A program made the translations under genes and the position numbers. A stretch of 63,355 nt of DNA, counting the filler, from Octopus bimaculoides (taxonomy: Eukaryota): the NCBI RefSeq assembly GCF_001194135.2. It is 10 parts of 8 records of this genome, joined end to end, with 100 filler letters (N's around TTAATTAATTAA, not from the genome) between each part and the next. Parts side by side here need not be neighbours in the genome. Positions count along the whole stretch, not along the records: positions 50,349 to 55,024 come from NC_069002.1; positions 55,125 to 59,857 come from NC_068984.1; positions 59,958 to 61,242 come from NW_026412855.1; positions 61,343 to 63,355 come from NW_026358310.1; 6 more parts are not named here. One strand, 5' to 3'. The stretch's first letter is position 1. Every line of letters begins with the position of its first letter. The notes beneath the pieces were generated by a model, which was not told where the DNA came from, ran no database searches, and saw only the letters and a list, made by a program, of their open reading frames with translations. Below, in pieces: positions 50,619-63,355 of this stretch.

Positions 50619-51370
50619 AAGCGGTGTTTGTATGTGCTTATAATACATACAAACATACATACATACTTATGTGCATGTATGCGTATATATATATATACAT
50701 ATGATTTATACATGAATATACATTCATATATAGGTGTATATATACACGAATATATATGTATATATTTATATATGCATATGTATGTGTGTGTATGTATGTA
50801 TGTATATATATCTATCTATCTATAAGGATACACACACAGACACACATGTATAGACACACATTTGTGCATTTGTGCATGTTTATTTATGTAAAGTGAGTCA
50901 GAGAAATCTACGAATAAATACAATCATTTATGTACATAGAAATTCGAATAAAAATAACGTCATTATTCGCTTTATTCCTTCAATTGTGCTTTTTTTGTTT
51001 AGTATTTCCACTTTTAAAGATCATTCTGTATTATCTGAGGTTATAAATTATATTTGATCAATGAGTTTAGTTTTTTCCAGTGATAGGGTGTAGTATATGT
51101 AAGTACAGATCTCAAACGACATTTTTAAAATCATTTCTACTTGTATGAAATGTTATTCAAATACACCCATCCTCTCCAATCACGGTTGTTTGGTTCTCCG
51201 CCAGAAATACACCGTGTTAAACGAATCAGTGATAGGGAATAATTGGATATATGAGAAACAAAGGGTTTCATTCACGAAGCCTATCTTACTTCGCCCCTCT
51301 CCAACCTACCCAAATAATAGCTCCAAACCACTAGGCCACGAACCTTCACACATACATAGGCAGACAGATA

Positions 51371-51424
<54 letters not shown>

Positions 51425-51854
51425 TGGTCATACACACAAACACACACAGACATGCTCACACACGAACATACACACACACATGCTTACGCACAAACACACA
51501 CATGTAATGAAAAATAGCACTCAAACCAAAATATAACAAAAATCNNNNNNNNNNNNNNNNNNNNNNNNNNNNNNNNNNNNNNNNNNNNNNNNNNNNNNNN
51601 NNNNNNNNNNNNNNNNNNNNNNNNNNNNNNNNNNNNNNNNNNNNNNNNNNNNNNNNNNNNNNNNCGGTATGGAACATTTCGCTGAAAGAACGAAAGCTGA
51701 CAACATTTCGTTGATTGGAATAACAGCAGCTTTCCACAATTAATTAGAGAGGCCTACAACAAATATACATAGCGTATCTCTTCTTTGTCCGGAACAGGGG
51801 TACTTTTATTGTCTCATTTAAGCAAGGGTTAGAGACAGCCTTGGCAGACATATT

Positions 51855-52060
51855 TTAACCCTTTAGTATACAGATTACTCTTATTTATTCATTATTTTGA
51901 ATTAATCATGTATTATCTTGTAGCATCAAGATGTCGATAATGTGATTGTTTATTTTTAGAATCAGATTGTGGGATAGATGTAAAAGTCTGGATCTAGTCA
52001 GTCTGAACATAAACTGGTAGAATATTTGGTTGGGTATGGCTGGTTTGAATGCTAAAGGGT
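51855..52060. mobile_element. TTAA-type MITE
   Basis: ttaaccctttagta ... gaatgctaaagggt. Confidence 0.6.
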
Positions 52061-52587
52061 CATGTGATATGTCTTTTATTGGGTAAGAGGGAATATGGCA
52101 CTAAATATGTGACCTTTACAAAAATGGGATGGAGCAAACTGTATGTGACACACGTGACTGTAAGGTGGTCTTTTTGAGTGTGTTTGTTTCAACACCCACC
52201 CACCTACCCACTGCTTGATAATCGATGCTGGTGTGTTTACATCCGCGTAACTTAGCTGTTCGGCGAAAGAGACCGATCGAATAAATATTAGGCTTAAAAA
52301 GTCCTAGGCTTAATAAGTCCTAGGGTCGATTCGTTGGAGTAAAACCCTTCAAGGCGGTGCCCCAGCATGGCCGTTGTTAGATGACTGAAACAAGCAAAAA
52401 CCAAAGAAAAAAATATATATATACATACATACATACATACATACGCGCATGCATACATATATACATACATATATATATAAATATATGTGTGTCTGTGTGT
52501 ATGCATGCATGCACATACTCACAAACACACACGTACAAACATACACACACATATATATTTTTACACACTACATGTGTGTCTATATAA

Positions 52588-52632
<45 letters not shown>

Positions 52633-52873
52633 TGTGTATCTCATACGTTTTAGATGTTCTTTGAAAATCTTTGTTAAGAACATTGATGAATATTTCCGCT
52701 CCTTACTCTTTCACGCAGCCAACCGCTCATCTACATACATACACACACATACATACGTACATACATGCATACATACATGCATACATACATACATACATAC
52801 ATACATACATACATACGTACGTACGTACATATATGCATACATACTTTCATACATACATGTATATGCTTACATA

Positions 52874-52910
<37 letters not shown>

Positions 52911-53239
52911 NNNNNNNNNNNNNNNNNNNNNNNNNNNNNNNNNNNNNNNNNNNNNNNNNNNNNNNNNNNNNNNNNNNNNNNNNNNNNNNNNNNNNNNNNN
53001 NNNNNNNNNNNNNNNNNNNNNNNNNNNNNNNNNNNNNNNNNNNNNNNNNNNNNNNNNNNNNNNNNNNNNNNNNNNNNNNNNNNNNNNNNNNNNNNNNNNT
53101 CCACTTCCAACTAAACGAAAGAAAATATCTTTTCTCAATCTCCAGCATGGAGAACACGTACACACACACACACACATATACGTTCAAAGAAATGCATTCG
53201 AACACAGAGAGACAAAACACATAAGTAACTATTATATAC

Positions 53240-53302
<63 letters not shown>

Positions 53303-55156
53303 NNNNNNNNNNNNNNNNNNNNNNNNNNNNNNNNNNNNNNNNNNNNNNNNNNNNNNNNNNNNNNNNNNNNNNNNNNNNNNNNNNNNNNNNNNNNNNNNNN
53401 NNNNNNNNNNNNNNNNNNNNNNNNNNNNNNNNNNNNNNNNNNNNNNNNNNNNNNNNNNNNNNNNNNNNNNNNNNNNNNNNNNNNNNNNNNNNNNNNNNNN
53501 NNNNNNNNNNNNNNNNNNNNNNNNNNNNNNNNNNNNNNNNNNNNNNNNNNNNNNNNNNNNNNNNNNNNNNNNNNNNNNNNNNNNNNNNNNNNNNNNNNNN
53601 NNNNNNNNNNNNNNNNNNNNNNNNNNNNNNNNNNNNNNNNNNNNNNNNNNNNNNNNNNNNNNNNNNNNNNNNNNNNNNNNNNNNNNNNNNNNNNNNNNNN
53701 NNNNNNNNNNNNNNNNNNNNNNNNNNNNNNNNNNNNNNNNNNNNNNNNNNNNNNNNNNNNNNNNNNNNNNNNNNNNNNNNNNNNNNNNNNNNNNNNNNNN
53801 NNNNNNNNNNNNNNNNNNNNNNNNNNNNNNNNNNNNNNNNNNNNNNNNNNNNNNNNNNNNNNNNNNNNNNNNNNNNNNNNNNNNNNNNNNNNNNNNNNNN
53901 NNNNNNNNNNNNNNNNNNNNNNNNNNNNNNNNNNNNNNNNNNNNNNNNNNNNNNNNNNNNNNNNNNNNNNNNNNNNNNNNNNNNNNNNNNNNNNNNNNNN
54001 NNNNTGTATGCATGTATATATATGTATGAATGTATGTATGTATATATGTGTGTATGTATGTATTTTTCTATCTATATGTGTGTATAGATAATCGTATAGA
54101 TGGATAAATAGCTTGATAGATAAATGGATAGACACAAGATAGATAGGTACAGAAAGACAGACAGATAAACGGACAGATAGATCGATTAAATAGTGGGATA
54201 GAATATTTAGATAGATAGGTAGGTAAATAGATAAATGAGAGAGAGAGAGAGAGAGAGAAAAAGAATGAGTGGGAGATAAACAGTTAGATAGGTAGATAGA
54301 TAAAGAGATAGATAGATAGGGAGAGAGAGAGAGAGATAAACTGATAGTCGACAAATAGATAAACAGATAGATAGATGGGGGAAATATATGAACGGGTGTA
54401 AAAATTCAAAGCTTAAAGAATACATTTCTTTTATCGAAGCCGAACAGCTACAGCAGTAGACGGAAACACTAGTCAAACTCATGCATACGCGGGCGCGCGC
54501 GCGTGTATGCGGTGTATGCGTGTGTGTGTTTAAGTCTTCGAAGACAGTTGCTCCCATAAATACCAAATTAAAATTTTGGATTTATGGAGGCTCAAAGTTG
54601 GGAACAAAAAGAGGACAGTGGAGACATACAAACATGGAGGGTCGTTAGACCAGAACGAAGGGAAAATAGTGAACGCTGAGAGAAATATTTTCTTTGAAAA
54701 GAGAAAGATAGAAGATGTCCAGTCCTTAGAACGTCCGTGCAGGTAAAGAAAGATGGACGATGGTCACGTGTGAGAGCAACGAGAGAGAGAAAAAGAGAAA
54801 GCGGGAAGAGAGAGAGAGAGAGAGAGATATAGAAAATGGTGAAGGTGAGAAAAGGGAAATTAGAGAAGAAGGAGGAGAAAACAGTATAGAGAAGAGTCAC
54901 ATCAAAAAGGTTAAGATAAATTTGGAAATGGATGCGTAGCGTTCAATTAAATAATAATATAAATAATATTTATTTATATTATTATTTAATTGGACGCCAC
55001 GCATTCATTCCCAAGTATATATATNNNNNNNNNNNNNNNNNNNNNNNNNNNNNNNNNNNNNNNNNNNNTTAATTAATTAANNNNNNNNNNNNNNNNNNNN
55101 NNNNNNNNNNNNNNNNNNNNNNNNCTTCGTAGTATATGTAAGTATGTGTGTGTGTG

Positions 55157-55188
<32 letters not shown>

Positions 55189-55255
55189 TGTATGTATGTA
55201 TGTATGCATGCATATATGTATGTATTTATATATGTATGTATCATGTATGTATGTA

Positions 55256-55288
<33 letters not shown>

Positions 55289-56265
55289 GGATGTGTGTGT
55301 GTGTATGTATATATATATGTATGNNNNNNNNNNNNNNNNNNNNNNNNNNNNNNNNNNNNNNNNNNNNNNNNNNNNNNNNNNNNNNNNNNNNNNNNNNNNN
55401 NNNNNNNNNNNNNNNNNNNNNNNNNNNNNNNNNNNNNNNNNNNNNNNNNNNNNNNNNNNNNNNNNNNNNNNNNNNNNNNNNNNNNNNNNNNNNNNNNNNN
55501 NNNNNNNNNNNNNNNNNNNNNNNNNNNNNNNNNNNNNNNNNNNNNNNNNNNNNNNNNNNNNNNNNNNNNNNNNNNNNNNNNNNNNNNNNNNNNNNNNNNN
55601 NNNNNNNNNNNNNNNNNNNNNNNNNNNNNNNNNNNNNNNNNNNNNNNNNNNNNNNNNNNNNNNNNNNNNNNNNNNNNNNNNNNNNNNNNNNNNNNNNNNN
55701 NNNNNNNNNNNNNNNNNNNNNNNNNNNNNNNNNNNNNNNNNNNNNNNNNNNNNNNNNNNNNNNNNNNNNNNNNNNNNNNNNNNNNNNNNNNNNNNNNNNN
55801 NNNNNNNNNNNNNNNNNNNNNNNNNNNNNNNNNNNNNNNNNNNNNNNNNNNNNNNNNNNNNNNNNNNNNNNNNNNNNNNNNNNNNNNNNNNNNNNNNNNN
55901 NNNNNNNNNNNNNNNNNNNNNNNNNNNNNNNNNNNNNNNNNNNNNNNNNNNNNNNNNNNNNNNNNNNNNNNNNNNNNNNNNNNNNNNNNNNNNNNNNNNN
56001 NNNNNNNNNNNNNNNNNNNNNNNNNNNNNNNNNNNNNNNNNNNNNNNNNNNNNNNNNNNNNNNNNNNNNNNNNNNNNNNNNNNNNNNNNNNNNNNNNATA
56101 CTGTCTAATGTATAATTTAGTTTTATTTTTACTTATTTCTGGCATCAGATGCAATACGGCAAGTATTGAATTAGTTTATATGTGTTGTAAGGACTTCTTT
56201 AATATATGCATGAACACACACATGCAACCGCACACATACATACATATTCCCATACATGAATATAA

Positions 56266-56307
<42 letters not shown>

Positions 56308-56384
56308 TTCTGTGGGTGTATGTGTATGTATGTATGTATTTATTCATGTATGTACATACCTACTTACGTTGTTCTGTATATACA

Positions 56385-57710
56385 GATAACTATGTCTTCT
56401 CTTCATTTACATGTACTGACTATTGAGCTACTATTGCGGAAACTAGAGACGTTGAGACGTATATTGCGTGAAGTAGGATGGAAGAATACGCAGACAACGT
56501 CATTGTCATAACGTCGGACACCGTCGAGGAGATCATCACTCCTCCAAAGTACTATGAGTCGATGAAAGGAGCACACATTAATCAAGAAAAGTCAGTGGTC
56601 TTGCAGTTAGGTCAATAGAGCTATAGCTTCATGTGATCCAGTGGTGCTAGACGGACATACCGGTTAAATTGCTGAAGAACGATTAGGACGAGGTGACGAG
56701 CAGAGTGGCTAATCTCACTCAAATCTGGCCGTGACAAAGCTATTCCTAAATGGTCGGGCAGATGTGGCAAACATCTATATCGTCTCCGTCATATGTTATA
56801 GCTTAATCATCGTGTCTTGCTTCAGTTCAGATCTTGCTGAATAGAGCACCTTCTCTTCCACTTTCTGTGGAAGAAACATGTTCCGCTGGTTTGGGGCTCC
56901 GTTTAATGTCAACGTCTGCTGAGTGGGAGGCTTTACATGCCATAATTGATGATACGGAGACATGTTCTGAAACTGCAGTGTGTCCATTTTTCCTGTCGGT
57001 GAACATTTGAGATCGCCGTTTGTCAGACTCACTTTCCCACAGCTCGTATCTCTGACAGAATTGCAGTTCTGAATTGAGCGCAGATAAAGGCAGGGTTTCT
57101 GGTACCTCAAGTATTGTCAGGCGCTCTAAGACTTCTACCAGTCGGGCATTCTGCAATGGGTTGAGTGTGGGCAAGAACGATGACGTTCTTGAGGAAACTA
57201 TAGGTGCCGACGAAAATCAACTGGCTGGCCTTTTACTGGGGAGTTCGGACCGGATAATTTCGAGAGATTGCTGACTTTTCGATGATGCTGGTGAGAAGAG
57301 GTGACATTACCGGTCAGAGATATACTGTAAAAGTATGGAAGTGCCGAATCAGACCTTTACGAGATGCAGACTGAGCAACGAAACTGTTTTATACGTACTT
57401 GTTCAGTGTCTGAACATTCTTAACTTGTGGAGTTAAATGGAATATCTGCTATCGCTTTTAAGACAAATCCAGCTCTCAACAGAGTCAGTTGTGAAGATCG
57501 GATTGCCGTCTACCTTTATTCGAGAACGACAGGCAGTTTTTAACTGTCTGGTGGTCTTAGCGAAAATGATTATTCGGGGCCCAGACTGACATGATTGAAG
57601 ATAGATACCTTCCTCTATGACTAAGCCCTCATCAATATTTTCAAATTTTACTTGAAAAGGAAAGTGAGGCTGGTGAAGAAAGGGTCGTTTTCCAGCAAAT
57701 ATGGTTAAAG
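56385..57710 (+). mobile_element. Tx1/L1-clade LINE RT fragment, decayed
   Basis: LHVLTIELLLRKL, EYADNVIVI, GAHINQEKSV, LFHFLWKKHVPLV, across many stops and frameshifts. Confidence 0.7.
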
Positions 57711-57711
57711 A

Positions 57712-57920
57712 TACGATTGAGTGCTGAAAAGTTCCTGGTTTTAAGGGTGTCTCGAAAGGCTTGGTTAGAGGCTTGGTTCGAGTTCTTTTACAGGACTTAG
57801 AAAAACTGAAGAACCGCTGCAATGTGTGAATTTGAGAAGAGTATATATGAAATAAAATTTTACTTGATCTCCCTGTATTTTCTTTACCCAAAATTAGGAA
57901 CTTTTGAGCAACCCCTCGTA
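57712..57920. mobile_element. Mariner-like MITE
   Basis: tacga..gagtgctgaaaagttcctgg ... aggaacttttgagcaacccctcgta. Confidence 0.75.
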
Positions 57921-58251
57921 CACCAGAGTGCAAAAGATGGCCCGAATATAAAGGCTTGCTCTGAGCCCGCGCCTGAAGATCGAGGGAAAAGAATGGGAAG
58001 AAAGCAATTGATTTAGTGGTCAAGTTGACAGTGGTTTTGTAGAGTTTCCACAAGCAGCACTCTTCGAAATCTTTCCACTTTTTGGAAAGTTTTACCTTGT
58101 TTGATTTCTTTGTTTCTTTATTTAATTATTATATTGTTTGCATTATTTTATGTAACCCAAATTGTAATGTATCATTTTGTACCCTCCTCGATTTTCATCG
58201 AAAGTCTTAGTAGTAAGTAAAGAAAGCATTCTTCTTCTTCTTCTTCTTCTT

Positions 58252-58282
<31 letters not shown>

Positions 58283-58307
58283 TTATTATTATTANNNNNN
58301 NNNNTTA

Positions 58308-58372
<65 letters not shown>

Positions 58373-58577
58373 GGCACAATTCTGAGACTGCGTGAATTAC
58401 TAATCAGATTTTCTCTTCTCGGGGCTTTAGTCGCCTAACACAGGCCACAACAAGCTCCTTGTTGCGACAGGCACAGTTTCAGCTTTGTACAAATAATAAT
58501 ATTCTAATCTACTTAACAGTGTTTTATACTTTCTTTCAGCTTAATTGCAATTTTTAACAGCGTGAAACCACTGTACA

Positions 58578-58608
<31 letters not shown>

Positions 58609-59707
58609 TGTATGTATGTATGTATGTATGTATTGATCTGTACACAGATATGTATGTATACATAAACGTGTAGGTAATAGTAGGCTTTGTTTTTAGTGAT
58701 ATGTTTTATTTTTAGTTACACCCAGTTTTAATTTAATACTTACGATAAAATACAACTGGCCGTGTGTGATAATGTTTAAGCGTGTAGTTGATGGACAACA
58801 TATGTTAAGCATCGCCGCATACAGCCACACGTATCGTTTCATTTATTCACACTCTAATAATACAGAGAGAATCATGTAATATATCGTAGTTTATATTAAA
58901 TTCGACTTATCTTAGACAAATCTAACATGATACCTGTAATACACATTAAAAACGTGCCAGTAATTATTAAATCCTTATTTAATTGTTGTGTTCAAGAAAC
59001 TTATATAGAGAAAAGATGGTTATTTAAACCATCTTTTCTTTATTTCTGGAACACAGCAGTTGTACACGTATAGAAATTTCCAATAAATTGATGAACACGA
59101 CGATATATACTGAATAACTTTTTTTATCTTTTGCTTAAAACTCTAAATAAGATTTCTCGATTGATCACACAGTTGAAGAGTTCACTTCCACAAATTCTAG
59201 ATTCCATCCAAAAATACATTACTATGGGTAAGCACCGTTTAATATCGCTTCGGCATGCCCATAGGCCTGCGAGCGAAATTTGGTAAACGGAAACTCTGAG
59301 GAAATCCGCTTGTATTATAATTCAATTACCCAGCGTTATTACATGCTGTATTACAACTGGATCAGAGAAAGTGTTCCTCCCTTCTTAAAACTAGAAAACA
59401 AAAATATTCCGTGCTAATGAAGATGTTCAAAGTTTAAAAATTTGTGTAAAATATCCTAACAATGTTTATTAAACCATTGTATTGCTATTTTCTTTAGCGT
59501 ACTTTCGTCTATCACTATTTCATAATCTGATGACATCTGTATAGAAATGGTTGGAGATACTCAATTTGTACCAGTTACAAATAGGATGATACTTACACTC
59601 TATAATTGACCTAATATTTTCAATTCAACAACTATATAGTTTAGCGCAATTTCTTAGTCTTCAGCTTGTTTCGACAAACCATTATATTCATTTGGTATTT
59701 CTATTAA

Positions 59708-59805
<98 letters not shown>

Positions 59806-59957
59806 CATTATTATTATTATTATTATTACTATTATTATTATTATTAGTCAAGACGAANNNNNNNNNNNNNNNNNNNNNNNNNNNNNNNNNNNNNNNNNNN
59901 NTTAATTAATTAANNNNNNNNNNNNNNNNNNNNNNNNNNNNNNNNNNNNNNNNNNNN

Positions 59958-61146
59958 AAGAAAAGGTATGAGAAGAAGAAGTAGAAGATGAAGAAGAAGA
60001 ACAACAAGAAAGAGAAGAAGAAGAAAAAAGAAGAAGAAAAAAGAGAAAAAGAAAAAGAAGAAGAAGAAGAAGAAGAAGAAAACGAAAAAAAATAAGAAGA
60101 AAATGAAGAAGAAAAAGCAAAAGAAGAAGAAGAAGAAGAAGAAGAAGGAGGAAGAGAAGGAAGGGGAGGAGGAGGAGGAGAAGAAGAAGAAAAAGAAGAA
60201 GAAGAAGAAGAAGAAACAGTAAAAGAAGGATAGAAGGACGTGCAGGAGAAGATGAAAAACGTTGCTTAACAAAAAGATACCTAATGAAAAAAAGAACAAG
60301 AGGAAAAAGAAGAAGAAGAAGAAGAAGAAGAAGAAGAAGATGAAAAAGAAGGAAAAGAAGAAGAAGAAAAATAAGAAGAAAAAGAAGGAGAAAAAGAAGA
60401 TATAGAAGAAGAAAAAGGATGAGAAGAAGAGGTAGAAGATGAAGAAGAACAACAACAAAGACAAGAAGAAAAAAGAAGAAAAAGGAGAAGAAGAAGAAAA
60501 AGAAGAAGAGGAAGAAAGAGAAGAAAAAGAAGAAAAAAAGAATAAGAAGAAATAGAAGAAGAAGAAGAAGAAGAAGAAGAAGAAGAAGAAGAAGAGGGCG
60601 ACGACGACGACGACAACGACGAAGAAGAAGAAGAAGAAGAAGAAGAAGAAGAAGCAGAAGAAGAAGAAGAAGAAGAAGAAGACGAAGAAGAAGAAGAAAA
60701 AGAAGAAGAAGTAGAAGACGAAGAAAATGAAGTAGAAGAAAAAGAAGAAGAAGAAGAAGGAGGTGGAGGAGGAGGAGTAGGAGGCGGAGGATTAGGTGGA
60801 GGAGCAGAAGAAGAAAAAGAAGAAGAAGAAGAAGAAGAAGAAGAAGAAGAAGAAGAAGAAGAAGAAGAAGAAGAAGAAGAAGAAGATGAAGTAGAAGAAG
60901 AAGAAGAAGAAAAAGAAAAAGAAGAAAGAAGCAGAAGAAGAAGAAGAAGAAAAAGAAGAAGAAGAAAAAGAAAAAGAAAAAGAAGAATAAGAAAAGAAGA
61001 AGAAGAAGAAGAAGAAGAAGAAGACGAAAAAAAAAGAAGAAAAAGTACAAGAAGAAGTAGAAGAAGAAGACAAAGTAGAAGAAGAAGAAGAAGAAGAAGA
61101 AGAAGAAGAAGAAGAAGAAGAAGAAGAAGAAGAAGAAGAAGAAGAA
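59958..61146. repeat. ~1.2-kb degenerate (GAA)n homopurine tract
   Basis: Directly visible. Confidence 0.95.
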
Positions 61147-61342
61147 TTAGTGTATGAATAATCTACTTCTAAATATACAATTATAAGTGATATTTAAGGA
61201 TGCTAATTAGCATTGAACTTGTGGTAATCACCGTACATATTANNNNNNNNNNNNNNNNNNNNNNNNNNNNNNNNNNNNNNNNNNNNTTAATTAATTAANN
61301 NNNNNNNNNNNNNNNNNNNNNNNNNNNNNNNNNNNNNNNNNN

Positions 61343-63355
61343 GCTATCAACTACCTCTAGTTTTTCTCCCTGGAATGAGACACAAGTTGTTTTCTGCATG
61401 TTTTCAGTGTTTATTGCACCTGAACATCTGCCACATACAAAAACTAACTTCCTAGTTAACCTTCCTTTGATATTGCTGCACCTCTTATGTGTCCATAGCT
61501 TGCACTGGGTNNNNNNNNNNAAACTAACTTCCTAGTTAACCTTCCTTTGATATTGCTGCACCTCTTATGTGTCCATAGCTTGCACTGGGTACATCTTATA
61601 GAGTTTCTACCTACACCTTTTCTACAGATCAATCAGGGCCATCTGCCTGAAGTGTTTGTGTTTCGTCTAGTTTCCTACTTATTAGAACTTTGGTTTTAGC
61701 TAAGTTGAGCCTAAGACCTTCGATTCTAGTCCTTACTTCCAAACCAGAAACTTCTCCTCTAGTTCTGATACTGATTCAGCAATTAGTGCAAGGTCATCAG
61801 CATAGAGGAGCTCCCAGGAACATCCTGTCTTGAATTCCTCTGTTATTGCCTGGTGGACTATGATAAATAGGAGGGGGCTGAGGACAGAACCTTGGTGGAC
61901 CCCTACCTCTTCCCGGAATTCTTCATCGTACTCATTGCCAACCCTCACCTTACTGACAGCATCTCTGTACATGGCTCGCACAGCTCTCACTAACCATTCT
62001 TCTATCCCTAGTTTCCTCATTGACCACCAGATAAGGGATCGGGGGACCCTGTCAAAGGCTTTCTCCATGTCAACAAAAGCCAGGTACAGAGGTTTATCCT
62101 TGGCTAGGTATTTCTCCTGATGCTGTCTTACTAGAAATATGGCATCAGTGGTGCTTTTACCTGGCACGAACCCAAACTGCATNNNNNNNNNNNNNNNNNN
62201 NNNNNNNNNNNNNNNNNNNNNNNNNNNNNNNNNNNNNNNNNNNNNNNNNNNNNNNNNNNNNNNNNNNNNNNNNNNNNNNNNNNNNNNNNNNNNNNNNNNN
62301 NNNNNNNNNNNNNNNNNNNNNNNNNNNNNNNNNNNNNNNNNNNNNNNNNNNNNNNNNNNNNNNNNNNNNNNNNNNNNNNNNNNNNNNNNNNNNNNNNNNN
62401 NNNNNNNNNNNNNNNNNNNNNNNNNNNNNNNNNNNNNNNNNNNNNNNNNNNNNNNNNNNNNNNNNNNNNNNNNNNNNNNNNNNNNNNNNNNNNNNNNNNN
62501 NNNNNNNNNNNNNNNNNNNNNNNNNNNNNNNNNNNNNNNNNNNNNNNNNNNNNNNNNNNNNNNNNNNNNNNNNNNNNNNNNNNNNNNNNNNNNNNNNNNN
62601 NNNNNNNNNNNNNNNNNNNNNNNNNNNNNNNNNNNNNNNNNNNNNNNNNNNNNNNNNNNNNNNNNNNNNNNNNNNNNNNNNNNNNNNNNNNNNNNNNNNN
62701 NNNNNNNNNNNNNNNNNNNNNNNNNNNNNNNNNNNNNNNNNNNNNNNNNNNNNNNNNNNNNNNNNNNNNNNNNNNNNNNNNNNNNNNNNNNNNNNNNNNN
62801 NNNNNNNNNNNNNNNNNNNNNNNNNNNNNNNNNNNNNNNNNNNNNNNNNNNNNNNNNNNNNNNNNNNNNNNNNNNNNNNNNNNNNNNNNNNNNNNNNNNN
62901 NNNNNNNNNNNNNNNNNNNNNNNNNNNNNNNNNNNNNNNNNNNNNNNNNNNNNNNNNNNNNNNNNNNNNNNNNNNNNNNNNNNNNNNNNNNNNNNNNNNN
63001 NNNNNNNNNNNNNNNNNNNNNNNNNNNNNNNNNNNNNNNNNNNNNNNNNNNNNNNNNNNNNNNNNNNNNNNNNNNNNNNNNNNNNNNNNNACCTGTCGCC
63101 TAGCTTCCCTTCTGGCAGTCTGATACAATTCCCTGCTACCACCGTTCTTCCAGTCCTTCCAAGCCTGTTTCTTTTGTCTAATAGCCCTGTCTACCTCCTT
63201 GTTCCACCACCACGTTACTTTGGGTCGGGAGGGGACTTTACACCAGCCACAGATCTGGTCGGTGGCTCTGAGAAGGTTGTTCCGCAGAAACTTCCAATTT
63301 TATTTCACGTTGTATGATGCTATATCCCCTTCTATTTCGTCAAATGCTTCGAGTA
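61343..63355 (-). mobile_element. RTE-clade LINE RT region (younger-looking copy) with an internal N gap
   Basis: MQFGFVPGKSTTDAIFLVRQHQEKYL, AFVDMEKAFDRVPR, GVHQGSVLSPLLF, LLYADDLALI. Confidence 0.92.

Larger units (their letters stand above)
21688..59830. repeat. Numerous microsatellites: (TA)n, (CA)n, (GA)n, (TATG)n, (AAT)n, (ATTG)n, (CTT)n
   Basis: Directly visible; they account for most of the spurious HT/VC/YI/LLL ORFs in the track. Confidence 0.95.
13239..61298. other. Nine artificial TTAATTAATTAA spacers within N runs
   Basis: At 13239, 20997, 31141, 44294, 47440, 50293, 55069, 59902 and 61287, each flanked by Ns; the 12-mer has a stop in all six frames. Confidence 0.95.

Noticed and set aside
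59902-61073. 382-aa Leu/Phe-rich ORF
   Set aside because: It is the reverse strand of the GAA tract and extends into the N spacer.
61441-61590. Exact 70-bp direct repeat
   Set aside because: It flanks a 10-N gap, typical of an unmerged contig overlap.
1-63355. CRISPR array, rRNA or prokaryotic operon
   Set aside because: No repeat-spacer array or rRNA-like sequence; the Merlin transposase is bacterial-like but sits in clearly eukaryotic context.

Overview
Eukaryotic, AT-rich, repeat-dense DNA. The SINE families and microsatellite load suggest an octopod cephalopod (inference). The window is about 10 pieces joined by nine N44-TTAATTAATTAA-N44 spacers, so adjacency across spacers is not evidence of linkage. 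The only host-gene coding sequence I can support is two in-phase Cullin-1 exons on the minus strand (15615-15792 and 14655-14822). The rest is mobile DNA: Penelope-like elements (PLEs) of several types, RTE LINE copies, a Tx1/L1-like fragment, an RLE-type LINE tail, a decayed Gypsy element, a Merlin (IS1595/ISXO2-like) transposase, a Helitron 3' end, TTAA and mariner-like MITEs, and many SINEs. The most unusual part is the first 5 kb. There, an uninterrupted 5' fragment of the telomere protein POT1 sits just upstream of, and co-oriented with, the Merlin ORF and a Helitron 3' end. That cassette is bracketed by inverted ~175-bp repeats carrying a minimal type-I hammerhead with a swapped G3:C8 core pair, and the neighbouring MITE carries a second hammerhead with a U3:A8 pair. 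Also notable are a CCAAT/octamer/ETS promoter-like cluster next to a ~193-bp degenerate tandem array (29.7-31.0 kb) and several long hairpins. All comparisons with known proteins are from memory; no searches were run.
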